The notes below the pieces were generated by a model. That model did no database searches. It saw only the letters and a list, made by a program, of their open reading frames with translations, and had not been told where the DNA came from. A stretch of DNA of 64,000 nucleotides from Myxococcota bacterium (GTDB lineage: Bacteria; Myxococcota; JACRCW01). Both the position numbers and the translations under genes were made by a program. Where the stretch lies: positions 32,001 to 96,000 of the forward strand of contig JBFMGU010000001.1 in the NCBI GenBank assembly GCA_040752415.1. Reading direction: 5' to 3'. Shown in pieces: positions 9,546-19,484 of this stretch (positions are counted from its first letter, which is position 1; every line of letters begins with the position of its first letter).

Positions 9546-11018
9546 ATGCTCTTCAATTCCCTGGAATTCCTGCTGTTCTTTCCGCTGGTGACGGCATTGT
9601 TCTTCGTCGTCCCGGCGCGCGCAGTGTGGCTTCTGCTGTTGGTGGCGAGCTGCGCGTTCTACATGGCCTTCATCCCGGTCTACGTCCTGATCCTCCTGTT
9701 CACGATCTTGGTGGACTACACCGCGGGCCTTCTCATTGAGCGCAGCACGGGTCCACGACGGAAGACGTGGCTGGTGGCCAGCATCGTTACGAATGTGGGG
9801 GTGCTCGCGGTCTTCAAGTATTACAACTTCTTCGTGCATTCGTTGGAGGACGCAGCTCATGGGCTGGGCATGTCCGCAACACTGCCTGCACTCACCTGGA
9901 TCCTGCCCATCGGGCTCTCGTTTCATACGTTTCAGGCCATGAGCTACACGCTCGAGGTGTACCGCGGAAATCAGAAGGCGGAACATCACCTGGGTATCTA
10001 CGCGCTCTACGTCATGTTCTACCCGCAGCTGGTGGCCGGACCGATTGAGCGACCACAGAACCTGCTTCCGCAGTTCCGCGCCTTTCAGCTCTCGCCGCGG
10101 TGGAACGACGCCAACGTGGTGTATGGGCTGCGGTTGATGTTGTGGGGGCTCTTCAAGAAATGCGTGGTTGCGGATCGTCTCTCGCCGGTGGTGGACCGCG
10201 TCTACGGGCAGCCGGAGGCCTTTGGCTCCGTCGCCCACGCGCTTGCCACGGTCTTCTTCGCATTCCAGATCTACGCTGATTTCTCGGGGTACTCGGACAT
10301 TGCGCTCGGCGCCGCGCGGGTCATGAACATCAAGTTGATGACAAACTTCCGCCAACCCTATCTGGCGGTAAGCGTCTCGGACTTCTGGCGTCGGTGGCAC
10401 GTCTCCCTTTCCACATGGTTCAAGGACTATGTCTATGTTCCACTGGGTGGAAGCCGCCATGGCATGGCCAGGACCAACCTCAACCTGCTGCTGACGTTCA
10501 TGGTGAGCGGACTCTGGCACGGAGCCAACTGGACCTTTGTGGTGTGGGGGGCGCTCAACGGCATGCTCCTGGTCCTTGAGAACGGCCTTCGACGGGCGGC
10601 GTCGCGATGGAGTGCCCTGACGTGGCTGGTGGCCGAATCCGGGGTCTGGGCGCAGGTGGCGAGGGTTCGGACCTTTGCATTGGTGTGTTGCACCTGGGTG
10701 TTCTTCCGCGCGGAGACCGTCCAGGATGGTTTCTTCATTCTGGGCAGCGTGGTCGCTCACGCACCGGATTTGTTCAGTGTCCACGCGATTCGCGAGGCCC
10801 TCGTGTCGGTGCAGATGTCCCGTCACGACGTAGCGCTGATCTTCGCGCTCGTTGGCTGCACCATGCTCTATGACATCATCGCGGAGCGCTCCGACCCCGT
10901 GATGTCCGTGGAAGGGCTGCCGCGCTGGGCCCGCTGGTGCGCCTATTACGCCGTGGCTGGGGCGGTGACGTTCCTGGGCGTGTTCGGCGGGCAGCAGTTC
11001 ATCTACTTCCAGTTCTGA
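9546..11018 (+). CDS. MBOAT family O-acyltransferase (AlgI/PatA-like)
   Basis: MLFNSLEF start, LPIGLSFHTFQ, FYPQLVAGPIER, DFSGYSD, FWRRWHVSLS, SGLWHGANW (catalytic His), C-terminal FIYFQF. Confidence 0.93.
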   Translation: MLFNSLEFLLFFPLVTALFFVVPARAVWLLLLVASCAFYMAFIPVYVLILLFTILVDYTAGLLIERSTGPRRKTWLVASIVTNVGVLAVFKYYNFFVHSLEDAAHGLGMSATLPALTWILPIGLSFHTFQAMSYTLEVYRGNQKAEHHLGIYALYVMFYPQLVAGPIERPQNLLPQFRAFQLSPRWNDANVVYGLRLMLWGLFKKCVVADRLSPVVDRVYGQPEAFGSVAHALATVFFAFQIYADFSGYSDIALGAARVMNIKLMTNFRQPYLAVSVSDFWRRWHVSLSTWFKDYVYVPLGGSRHGMARTNLNLLLTFMVSGLWHGANWTFVVWGALNGMLLVLENGLRRAASRWSALTWLVAESGVWAQVARVRTFALVCCTWVFFRAETVQDGFFILGSVVAHAPDLFSVHAIREALVSVQMSRHDVALIFALVGCTMLYDIIAERSDPVMSVEGLPRWARWCAYYAVAGAVTFLGVFGGQQFIYFQF

Positions 11019-11034
11019 GGCGTGCGTTCGCGCC

Positions 11035-12180
11035 ATGCCAAGATTGGTCCTCCGGCTCCTTGTCTTCCTGGCACCATTTCTCGTGGTGTTCGGAGTGCCA
11101 CTGTTCGTCATGGCTCTGGCGGGAGAGTTCACGACGGTGGACCGGGTGGTGATGCGGCAGGCGGCCGGTGGCAAGGACGTCCTGTATGGGCCAGCGTTCA
11201 GCAATCCGGCGTTGAGCTACAAGTTGAAGGCTGTGCTCGCTCACAGGGCCAGCGTGCTCGCGCTTGGCAGCTCTCGCGTGATGCAGTTGCGCCGCCACTT
11301 CTTCATTCCTGGGACCAGCTTCTACAACGGTGGCGGTGTGATCTCGCGACTGGTGCATTTCCGGTACGTGCTTGGACAGATCCCTGCGGAGGCCCGTCCG
11401 ACAACGCTTCTCCTGGGGCTGGACCAGTGGTTCTTCAACGCCAAGCGGGAAACGTTCACGAAGGAGGGGCTCAGCGCGGAATTCAACGACGTCGACAACC
11501 CGCTCAACATCACCCAGCGGAACCACGCAGCGGTTCTCGAAGGCCTGTGGAACGGCCGCATTTCCGCCGGGAAGGTGCTCTCCCACGTTGAGGCCGGTGA
11601 CATCGGCATTACCGCGATCATGGCCTCCCAGGGGTTTCGCCCCGACGGCAGCTACCGTTACGGACGCACCCTTGCGAATCCGGATGACCCAGAGGGACAC
11701 GACCCCGGCTTCCGCGACACCCTGCAGCGAATCCGAGAAGGAAACCGCCGGTTCGAGTGGGCGGACGACCTGGCGCCGGAGGCCATGGCGGAGCTCGCCG
11801 CGTTGTTGAAAGAGTGTCGTCGGGACGGGATTCGGGTGGTGGCGTATCTTCCGCCATTCGCGCCCTCAGTGCTGGCGCGGATGAGGGAGAGTGGACACTA
11901 CGCCTACGTCCAGAAGATCGCGCTGGCGGTGCGACCGCTGTTCGATGGCGAGCAGTCGCGCTTCTATGACTTCACGGATGTGTCCTCGCTGGGGGCGGAT
12001 GACCGGGAGTTCATTGATGGTTTTCACGGATCCGAGAAGACCGACGCCCGCCTGCTCGTGGCGATGGCCGCGGATGGAGCGCTCCCGGGAGTGGTCGACG
12101 CCAGGTTGCTGACGCAATGGCTCACCAGCAGTTCGAGTCGATTCGAATTGGGCCCGGCGCCCACCGCATCATTGCATTGA
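11035..12180 (+). CDS. Membrane-anchored SGNH/DltD-like periplasmic protein, probable partner of the MBOAT
   Basis: N-terminal TM helix, LALGSSR motif, late DGFH (DxxH) motif; 16 bp downstream of the MBOAT gene. Confidence 0.6.
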   Translation: MPRLVLRLLVFLAPFLVVFGVPLFVMALAGEFTTVDRVVMRQAAGGKDVLYGPAFSNPALSYKLKAVLAHRASVLALGSSRVMQLRRHFFIPGTSFYNGGGVISRLVHFRYVLGQIPAEARPTTLLLGLDQWFFNAKRETFTKEGLSAEFNDVDNPLNITQRNHAAVLEGLWNGRISAGKVLSHVEAGDIGITAIMASQGFRPDGSYRYGRTLANPDDPEGHDPGFRDTLQRIREGNRRFEWADDLAPEAMAELAALLKECRRDGIRVVAYLPPFAPSVLARMRESGHYAYVQKIALAVRPLFDGEQSRFYDFTDVSSLGADDREFIDGFHGSEKTDARLLVAMAADGALPGVVDARLLTQWLTSSSSRFELGPAPTASLH

Positions 12181-12200
12181 CACCGGAACTGCGGACTTTC

Positions 12201-13721
12201 GTGACTTCTCAACTTCCAACGTCGTGGCCGGATCGGGGTGCGCTGGTCAAGGTTGTTGCCACGGCCCTGTCCGTGCTGACCGCCGCCATGGTGGTGTTGG
12301 ACACGCTGACCACGTTTGTCGGGTTTCCATACAGCTACTTCACCGCGCCCGTGCGGCGGTGGATGCAGGGTGGCGCGCTCTATACGGACCTGCTCGCCTA
12401 CCCATTCAATTCCGTTGCCTATGGCTGGCTGGACTACGCCCTGCTCCGGGTACTGTGGCATGCCTTTGGGGATGACGCCGCCAATCGCCTTCTGCATGCG
12501 GTTGCGTCGGCAGCGTGGCTCTCGGTGCTCGTCGTTGTGGCGTGGGCAACCACGAAGAGTTGGAAGCTTGCCGTGGCTGCATTCTGTTGCATGGCGGTCT
12601 TCACCATCCGTAGCGGCACCGCGGATCAGCTCGGCAGCGTCCTAGAAATGGCGGCGGTGGGCCTCTGGCTGGTGAGACCCGGCCTCGACGGCGCAATCCT
12701 TGGCGGAGCCATCGGGGGGCTCGCGACGCTGGGCAAGCAGAGCTATGTGGCCGCGGTGGCGGGACTCCTGCTCGCGTCCCTCCTCTTGCGTGAATATCGC
12801 CGCGGCCTGGTCACGGTTTTCACTGGCGCCGCCGTGAATCTCGCCGTCACGGGAATCCTGGAGGTGTGGTCCGGGGGGGCGTACCTCGCCACGCTTCGTC
12901 ACATTGCCGTCGACGACGGTCATAGCGTCTGGGCCACGTATGGTTCCGCCAGGCCATTCCTGCAGCAGGCCGCGGCGTTGCTTCCTGCCGTGCCACTCGT
13001 GCTGAAGCATGGGTGGGACCGGTCGCGCGTGACCTTTGCCTGTTGCTTTGCCGCCTGTTTCCTCATGGCGGCAATTGGAACCAGCAAGAGCGGAGCCAGC
13101 CCCACCTATTTCACGTCGGCCGCGGGAATGGCGGTACTGCTCGCCGTCAATTTCCTGCGTGATTGCTCAGAACGCGAGCTGGGCGTCTTTGCCCTGGTCA
13201 TCCTGGTTGCGGTTGTGGCCATCCGGTTGCCAACGCGCGAGACGTTGTCCGCGTGGAAGCACGCTGCGCTGCTGGAGGTCTCACCCCGGGCGGCGCAGCT
13301 TCGGGCGGTGTTGGCCAAGTATGAGGACGGTCCGCTTCTGTCAGAGGACCACGAGTTCTCTTTCGCGAGTCCGCGAGAGGTGATTGCGCATGACCCGCAC
13401 TCCGTTCGCAGGGCCGTGGAAGTGGGCCGGTTTGACGGCGTGCCTCTGCTGGAGCTGGTCGAGAAGCAGATTCCGGCGGTGGTGATCCTTCACGCCCGTC
13501 CCTTCCCGGAGATGTTGAGCCTCCTGTTCCACGTCGACCTGGATGACTTCTCCCGGAAGTTCCATTGCGCTGTGTGGCGCAACTATGTCGTCGTGGAACA
13601 GTTCGAGGGCAACCTGATCATGAAACGCCGCGCGGTGAGGGAACAGTCCGCGTGTGACGCTGCACAGCTCCCCTGGTGGTCGGCGTCCCCCCAGGCCAAC
13701 GCCGCCCCCGCTCAACCATGA
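12201..13721 (+). CDS. Polytopic membrane protein, possible GT-C (ArnT/PMT-like) glycosyltransferase
   Basis: About 10 hydrophobic segments plus a soluble C-terminal domain; LATLGKQSY resembles GT-C loops; GTG start at 12201 chosen (ORF track starts at 12117). Confidence 0.5.
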   Translation: MTSQLPTSWPDRGALVKVVATALSVLTAAMVVLDTLTTFVGFPYSYFTAPVRRWMQGGALYTDLLAYPFNSVAYGWLDYALLRVLWHAFGDDAANRLLHAVASAAWLSVLVVVAWATTKSWKLAVAAFCCMAVFTIRSGTADQLGSVLEMAAVGLWLVRPGLDGAILGGAIGGLATLGKQSYVAAVAGLLLASLLLREYRRGLVTVFTGAAVNLAVTGILEVWSGGAYLATLRHIAVDDGHSVWATYGSARPFLQQAAALLPAVPLVLKHGWDRSRVTFACCFAACFLMAAIGTSKSGASPTYFTSAAGMAVLLAVNFLRDCSERELGVFALVILVAVVAIRLPTRETLSAWKHAALLEVSPRAAQLRAVLAKYEDGPLLSEDHEFSFASPREVIAHDPHSVRRAVEVGRFDGVPLLELVEKQIPAVVILHARPFPEMLSLLFHVDLDDFSRKFHCAVWRNYVVVEQFEGNLIMKRRAVREQSACDAAQLPWWSASPQANAAPAQP

Positions 13722-13740
13722 GGCAGTTGGTCGAAAGCTC

Positions 13741-14607
13741 TCACACGCTGCTGGGACGGAGCATGTTGAGCGCCGTTTCCACGGCGTTGGCTCCGTGGCG
13801 GGCATAGAGCTTCCGGTAGAGCAGGTAGCGCAAGCGCGGGACGCGGAACCGGTTCAGTTTCTCCTGGTCCTGCCTCAGCCGCGCAGCGACGACGGCGACA
13901 TCCTCATAGACACCGCGCCAATGTGCGTCGGCGTACTGGCGGGTCAGCCGCATCACCTCCTGCTGGCGTCGGTCCCCGCCCGTGCCGGTCTTGTGGCTGG
14001 AATGCGCGCGATAGATGGATAGGTAGGCTCCGAGCCTGGTGAAGTCACAGATGCGTGACGCGCGGATGAACCAGTCCCAGTCGAAGATGAAGTGGTAGGA
14101 CTCATCAAGCGGCCCGGTCTGTTCCCAGAGGGCGCGGGTCCAGAACGTGCTGGGTTGGTCATAGTCGTCGGCGTACGTGAGTCTTTCTCGCTCAAACCGG
14201 TCCGGAAGCGCAGCGAAACCGTTCACTGCGCCTTCCGTGAAATGCAGGCACCCGCCGAACACCAGCGCCGGACGCTGCACGTCACCGATGGCGCGCATCA
14301 CCTTCGTCAGTGCGCACGGGAGGTACATGTCGTCGCTGTTGAGCCAGCACAAGACCTGGCCACGTGCGCGTTGGAACCCCAGGTTGATGGCGTTGGCCTG
14401 GCCGCCGTCCTTGGTGGATTGCCAGTAGGCGAGGTGCCGGTCATACCGACGGAGGACCTCAACGGTTTCATCCGTGCTGCCTCCATCCATCACGATCAAC
14501 TCCTTGTGGGGATAGTCCTGGCCAAGCACCGACGTGATGGCCTCTTCAATGAAGTGCCCCTGATTGTATGACGGCATCACGACGGAAATGAGCGGAACGT
14601 TGTTCAT
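13741..14607 (-). CDS. Glycosyltransferase family 2 (WfgS-like)
   Basis: PLISVVMPSYNQGHFIEEAITSVLGQDY, MDGGSTD, WLNSDDMY, QPSTFW, DWDWFIR. Confidence 0.92.
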   Translation of the reverse strand: MNNVPLISVVMPSYNQGHFIEEAITSVLGQDYPHKELIVMDGGSTDETVEVLRRYDRHLAYWQSTKDGGQANAINLGFQRARGQVLCWLNSDDMYLPCALTKVMRAIGDVQRPALVFGGCLHFTEGAVNGFAALPDRFERERLTYADDYDQPSTFWTRALWEQTGPLDESYHFIFDWDWFIRASRICDFTRLGAYLSIYRAHSSHKTGTGGDRRQQEVMRLTRQYADAHWRGVYEDVAVVAARLRQDQEKLNRFRVPRLRYLLYRKLYARHGANAVETALNMLRPSSV

Positions 14608-14733
14608 GGGAGGACCTGGTCGCCACAACAGATGGTTTCAGCGCCGCACTCCTGCGCAACGCGGCCTTGTGATTCGTCGTCTACATGCATGCGTGTTGGG
14701 AGTCGAGCAGATTGCCGGCCCCATTGAGAAATC

Positions 14734-16626
14734 ATGCTGAGCAACGCAAGCCAGAGTGACGAGAAGGGCCGTCCGCCGGAGGGACTCTTCCTCCACTCCT
14801 TGGCGATGTGGAATTCGCTTAGGCGTCTGCTGGGGCGGCGCATCATCGGTGCACTCTGGATGTGCGCGGTGTTGGGAACCATTGGCGCGGGCGGAGAAGT
14901 CCTTCTTGCGGGAGCGCTCCAGGCCTTCCTGGTGTCGGTGGGGGCGTTGGATGCGTCGGTGGCGCCCCGGATTGGGAGCATGACGTGGACGGGCGGCCCG
15001 CTCGCAAGCTCGATGTTGCTGCTGGCGGTCGCCGTGGTCCGGTCCGCGCTCCAGTTCCTGGGGCAACACGTGAACAGCTACGCCGCGGAGGCCGCTGCCT
15101 ATCGCCTGCGCTGCCTCGCCTACGACGAGCTGATTCACCGCACCACCGACACCCCCCACACCAACAGCGACTTCCAGTTCCGGAACGGTGAGCTGGTGTC
15201 CAAGACCGTGGTCACGGTGCTCAATACCGCGGCGCTCGCGGGTCAGGTGGCCATGGCAACCCTCCTGTGCGCGGCGCTGGTGGCGGTTGCCCCCGCGCAG
15301 ACCGCGATCACGCTCGTGCTGCTCGCCCTGCTTCTCGGTGGGTCCCGTCTCCTCGGTCGTGTTGCACGTGGCGTGGCGGCGCGCATTGCACCGGCGGCAA
15401 CGCAGATCAACCGCGACGTGGAACGCGTGGCGCGCAACCGCCTGTACCTGAAGCTGATGGGGCTTGAGAGACTGGAGCAGGTGAACCTGAGCACGCGCAG
15501 CCTGACCTATTCGCAATACGTGGTCCGCGCGGCGGCCGCGGCTTCGGGGGTGTCCGCGTTGACCGGTGCGGGCGCCCTTACCGTGGTGGTGCTTGTCGCG
15601 CTCGGCAGTGCGTCGTCGGGAACGGGAGGTGCCGCGCTGCTGACGTTCTTCTACCTGCTGGTCCGGCTCGGCCAGGCGGCCCAGGGTGTTTCCAGCAACG
15701 TGACGGTGCTCCAGAACCTCTGGCCGGTGTTTCGTCATGCGCTCGAGTTCGCCGACTCTGTGTCTGATGAGCAGCTCGCGCGCGCGCATGGTGCGTCCGG
15801 TCCCGTTTCGTTCCTTGGCGGCGCACATCCCGTGGTGGGGATGGGGCAGGCGCGCACGTCGACGGGTGCCGCACCGGTCCCGCCCCCGCGCATCTCCATC
15901 CGGGGTCTGCACTACAACTACCCCGGCGGACCCGCCGTGCTGCGCGGATTGGACCTCGAGGTTGCGCCCGGCGCACACCTGGGCATTGTGGGACCCAGTG
16001 GAGCCGGGAAGACCACGCTCTTGATGCTTCTGTTGGGGATGTTGAAGCCCGGCGCGGGTGAGGTCCGGCTCGACGACCTGGCTGCCGCGGATTGGCTGAC
16101 GAAGCACCGCTTCGCCGTTGGCTATGTCGGGCCAGACCCCATGCTCATTGCGGGCACGGTGCGCAGCAACCTCTTCTACGGCCTCCCCATGGACCTGCCG
16201 CCCGAGCAGCTCGACGCCGTTGCGATTGACGTGCTGAAGCAGGCAAGGCTCGCCACGTTTGCCACCCCGGAAGGACTCAACCGGATCATCACCGAAGAAG
16301 GGGAGGGACTCTCCGCCGGCCAGAAGCAACGCCTCGCGTTTGCCCGCGCCCTCATGCGGCAACCGGCGCTGCTGATCTTGGACGAACCCACCGCCAATCT
16401 CGACGGCGAGACCGAGGCTGAGCTCGTGCAGACCATTGCCAGCCTCCGCGCACGGTGCACCGTGGTCATTGTCACGCATCGACCGACGTTGCTGGTGACC
16501 ACCGATCACGTGCTGGACTTGGGCGCTTCCAACGGCGCCAGGATTTCTTCCAGGAGCGCGGGCGAACTCGCCGGCGAAATCCCAGAGCGACCGGTGTCTG
16601 GAGTTGCGGAACCGGTGCGGGAATAG
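14734..16626 (+). CDS. ABC transporter permease/ATP-binding fusion (MsbA/PglK-like glycolipid flippase candidate)
   Basis: N-terminal TM region; Walker A GPSGAGKT, signature LSAGQKQR, Walker B ILDEPT, H-loop VTHR; start uncertain. Confidence 0.85.
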   Translation: MLSNASQSDEKGRPPEGLFLHSLAMWNSLRRLLGRRIIGALWMCAVLGTIGAGGEVLLAGALQAFLVSVGALDASVAPRIGSMTWTGGPLASSMLLLAVAVVRSALQFLGQHVNSYAAEAAAYRLRCLAYDELIHRTTDTPHTNSDFQFRNGELVSKTVVTVLNTAALAGQVAMATLLCAALVAVAPAQTAITLVLLALLLGGSRLLGRVARGVAARIAPAATQINRDVERVARNRLYLKLMGLERLEQVNLSTRSLTYSQYVVRAAAAASGVSALTGAGALTVVVLVALGSASSGTGGAALLTFFYLLVRLGQAAQGVSSNVTVLQNLWPVFRHALEFADSVSDEQLARAHGASGPVSFLGGAHPVVGMGQARTSTGAAPVPPPRISIRGLHYNYPGGPAVLRGLDLEVAPGAHLGIVGPSGAGKTTLLMLLLGMLKPGAGEVRLDDLAAADWLTKHRFAVGYVGPDPMLIAGTVRSNLFYGLPMDLPPEQLDAVAIDVLKQARLATFATPEGLNRIITEEGEGLSAGQKQRLAFARALMRQPALLILDEPTANLDGETEAELVQTIASLRARCTVVIVTHRPTLLVTTDHVLDLGASNGARISSRSAGELAGEIPERPVSGVAEPVRE

Positions 16627-16629
16627 CGG

Positions 16630-18243
16630 TCAGGTCTCCCCCGACGCGACGCGCCGTCGATGGACCAGCCAATGGTACGGTTCACCGGACGCAACAGAGC
16701 GGCACATGTCATCGACCTCAGGCAGCGAGAACACCGCGTTGGGATCCTGGTGAACCCACGACGTGAAGAATTCCTGGAGCGGATTGAATTGCGTTTTGAT
16801 GAAACCGCAGGCCTGGGTCAGATAGAAGCAGCGCCACGCCGACTCGCGCTGCGACTCGCTCAGGCGGCCACCACGCGACATCAGGGCCTCGCGGATGAGC
16901 TGATGGTATTCCTCACGCGAGCCGGCGCGCTGAACAAAAGGCAGCCCCGCGTAGTAGCTGCGGGCCTCCACGATCACGGGAATTCCGAGCGCGGCGCACT
17001 CAATGCCGAACGTCGACACCTTGGGAAGTACCAGGCTCGTGCTGCGGACCAGGTCGTAGCTGTTGACCTTCTGCTCCGCACGGATGAACTCCAGTCGCGG
17101 GTTGGCCAGCCAGGGAGCGAGCGCGCCTGCCCAGTCCAGCGGGCTGCTGAACTCCTCAAGTCGCTCGTGCGGATGTTGACGGACAATCACGCGCGCGTCG
17201 GTCTCCGTCAGGATGAACCTCACCGTGTCCGCCAGCCAATCCGTGGCGCAGTCATAGAGCGTGTGCGTCCGCAAGGCCGCCGCATCCCACTCGATGTTCA
17301 ACGGAATCAGGACCTGCTTCGTCGTGTTTTGATGCGAGGACGCCTCCAGCGGAGTGTTCGTCGGGACGGGCTGGAAGTCGTCGGAGCCCTGGGTCCGACG
17401 CTGCATCTCCGCGCGCCCCCAGGCCACCGTCCGGGCCAGCTCGGCGGGGTCCGCGCGTTCCAGCTGCGCCATGGCCACGGCGACGTCGGCGTGTTGCGCG
17501 GCAATGCCCGTCCCGCTGAACAGGATGCTCGCGGGGCCGAAATCCAGCGTTGCCACGCGAACCCCCAGCGACTCCGCCGCAGCCAACGCTGGCCCACTTG
17601 CGCCCCAGAATCCGCCCGGCATGTACAGCGCGGAGACTCCAAGCCTTGCCAGGTGGCCCCGCAGCGCCTCGTACAGCGGGAGCAGCGCGCGGGCGCGGAC
17701 CGAAACCTCCGACGAGGCGCGCCTGGGAAGGTCTCGCGCGCGGCTGTCCCAGATCAGCTGGGCCTGCGCAATGAGGTCAAGCTCGGGCGGAATGGGACCG
17801 GAGGAGCGTCGCGCTGGAATGACGTCGACACAGCCGGCGCAGGATGCAAGGTCGGGAACCAGGCGGCGCAGGATGGCGGATTCTCGCAGCTCATGCTCCC
17901 GGTCAAACTCGCGCGCCTGGGGATGCGGACAGACGATGAAGCTCACGTCGTGGCCACGCTGTCTGAGCGCAAGACCCAGAGCCACGCTGTGCAGGGGTAC
18001 CGTCCCATGGACCCACGGCGTGATGAGGACACCCACGCGGCTTCCTCCTTGCTGGACGCGAGGAAGGAGCGGTCGGGCGCGACGGATGAAGTCCTGCATG
18101 AGCGCGGTGTGCGTTTCCAGCGGCGCGCGAATCCCCTTCAACCAATCACGGCTCCGCCGCAGGACCTGCCTGAGCATGGCTGCATTTGCTCTCAGCGCTC
18201 CGGGAAAATGGGGGAGCAACCCGCGGGTCTGTACCTTATCCAT
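16630..18243 (-). CDS. Capsule polysaccharide biosynthesis protein (KpsS/KpsC-like GT-B transferase)
   Basis: C-terminal VIVRQHPHE and STFGIECAALGIPVIVEARSYY motifs typical of Capsule_synth-type proteins; start set at MDKVQ (18243). Confidence 0.6.
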   Translation of the reverse strand: MDKVQTRGLLPHFPGALRANAAMLRQVLRRSRDWLKGIRAPLETHTALMQDFIRRARPLLPRVQQGGSRVGVLITPWVHGTVPLHSVALGLALRQRGHDVSFIVCPHPQAREFDREHELRESAILRRLVPDLASCAGCVDVIPARRSSGPIPPELDLIAQAQLIWDSRARDLPRRASSEVSVRARALLPLYEALRGHLARLGVSALYMPGGFWGASGPALAAAESLGVRVATLDFGPASILFSGTGIAAQHADVAVAMAQLERADPAELARTVAWGRAEMQRRTQGSDDFQPVPTNTPLEASSHQNTTKQVLIPLNIEWDAAALRTHTLYDCATDWLADTVRFILTETDARVIVRQHPHERLEEFSSPLDWAGALAPWLANPRLEFIRAEQKVNSYDLVRSTSLVLPKVSTFGIECAALGIPVIVEARSYYAGLPFVQRAGSREEYHQLIREALMSRGGRLSESQRESAWRCFYLTQACGFIKTQFNPLQEFFTSWVHQDPNAVFSLPEVDDMCRSVASGEPYHWLVHRRRVASGET

Positions 18244-18599
18244 GGTGGCCGCCACCCTCCATGTTGTCCCAACAAAGCGCAAGTTCGCGGTCGCTCGCTG
18301 ACCGTTGCCGGATGGAGAACCCCTCGGGCCCCCTCCGGATGGTTTCGGTTTGTGGCACGTCTCTTCGTCGTTGTTCATGCCCGCCGGGCCGGAAGGTGGG
18401 ATGGACAGAAGGGGCAACCCTTGCGCCTCGGCGCCCATCCTGTTCTGTGCCCTGAGCGCACCCAAGCTCATCCGGCGAAGGGCGAAGGCTGCCAAGAGGT
18501 TGGCCGTGGAGCGCCAGCGTTCAACGCGCCTGGCTTGACGACGTTCTCCCGAATCTTGTGCGTGAACATCGATCCACTGCGTGGCTTCCAAGGAGTGTC

Positions 18600-19484
18600 A
18601 TGAAGCGGTTCACCTGGGACGAGATGCGAGAGTACTGGGGCCACCACAACGTCCTGCGGGCGCAGGTGGACCGCGACACGGACCCCGACGCGCTGGACAA
18701 CGTGCTTCACACCGGCGAGCCGCCCTGGTTGAACCAGTACTATGCCAAGTACCAACGGATCACGTACGAGTCCCTCCTTGCCGGCGTCCCGCCGCCGCGA
18801 CCGGGGGCGCGCGCACTGGACGTCGGGTGTGGAGCTGGCCGGTGGTGTCGCTTGCTTGCGCAGTGGGGATACCGCGTCACGGGAATAGACCTCCAGGAAT
18901 CGCTGATCCAGGAAAACCAACGGCGAAATCCCACCATTGAGTTCCAGTGCGTTTCCCTCCAGGACTTCCGCACCGAAGAGCCGTATGACCTGGTTTCAAC
19001 GGTCACGGTCATCCAGCACAATCCGCACGACGAGCAGCACGCGATGATCGCCCAGCTCCGTCGGCTCCTGCGTCCGGGCGGGCACGCACTCATCCTCGAG
19101 AACATCCGCGACCAGGGCGCCCACGTGTTCTCCAACAGTGTGGAAGAGTGGGAACGTCGGTTCGCCTCGCATGGGTTCCGGCGCGTGTTGATTCAACGCT
19201 ATGACTACAGCCCGCTGACGCGCATCTACGCCACGGTGCGCGGGCGGGTTGCCGCAATTCCTCGTCGTTTCCTTGGTGGCGCGCCGCAAGGCGGGGGAGG
19301 CGTCGAGGTGTACATGACGTCTCACATCCCGCGGCGGAATGGGTCCATGGGCGCTCTGCGTCGCGGAGACCTTGCGATCCGCCATATCCTTGTCCGCATG
19401 GATGATGTCATCGAGCCAACGCTGACTAGGCGGAACCTGCCATTGCCGACGGTCCACTGCGGTTTCCTTTTCGAGGCGGTGTGA
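18600..19484 (+). CDS. Class I SAM-dependent methyltransferase
   Basis: ALDVGCGAGRW, VTGIDL, YDLVSTVTVIQH, LLRPGG; AGGAG RBS before ATG 18600. Confidence 0.88.
   Translation: MKRFTWDEMREYWGHHNVLRAQVDRDTDPDALDNVLHTGEPPWLNQYYAKYQRITYESLLAGVPPPRPGARALDVGCGAGRWCRLLAQWGYRVTGIDLQESLIQENQRRNPTIEFQCVSLQDFRTEEPYDLVSTVTVIQHNPHDEQHAMIAQLRRLLRPGGHALILENIRDQGAHVFSNSVEEWERRFASHGFRRVLIQRYDYSPLTRIYATVRGRVAAIPRRFLGGAPQGGGGVEVYMTSHIPRRNGSMGALRRGDLAIRHILVRMDDVIEPTLTRRNLPLPTVHCGFLFEAV

Noticed and set aside
8250..11204. 984-aa minus-strand ORF, and similar long antisense ORFs (34876-37806, 39746-43612, 45188-47944, 48008-53020, 55359-57914)
   Set aside because: They mirror well-supported genes on the other strand and have no motifs; stop-free antisense frames are expected with high GC3
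18352..18367. TGGCAC-N5-TTCG as a sigma-54 promoter
   Set aside because: The conserved -12 GC is missing
16660..18603. 647-aa plus-strand ORF opposite the KpsS-like gene
   Set aside because: Arg-rich with no motif; the minus-strand frame carries the family motifs
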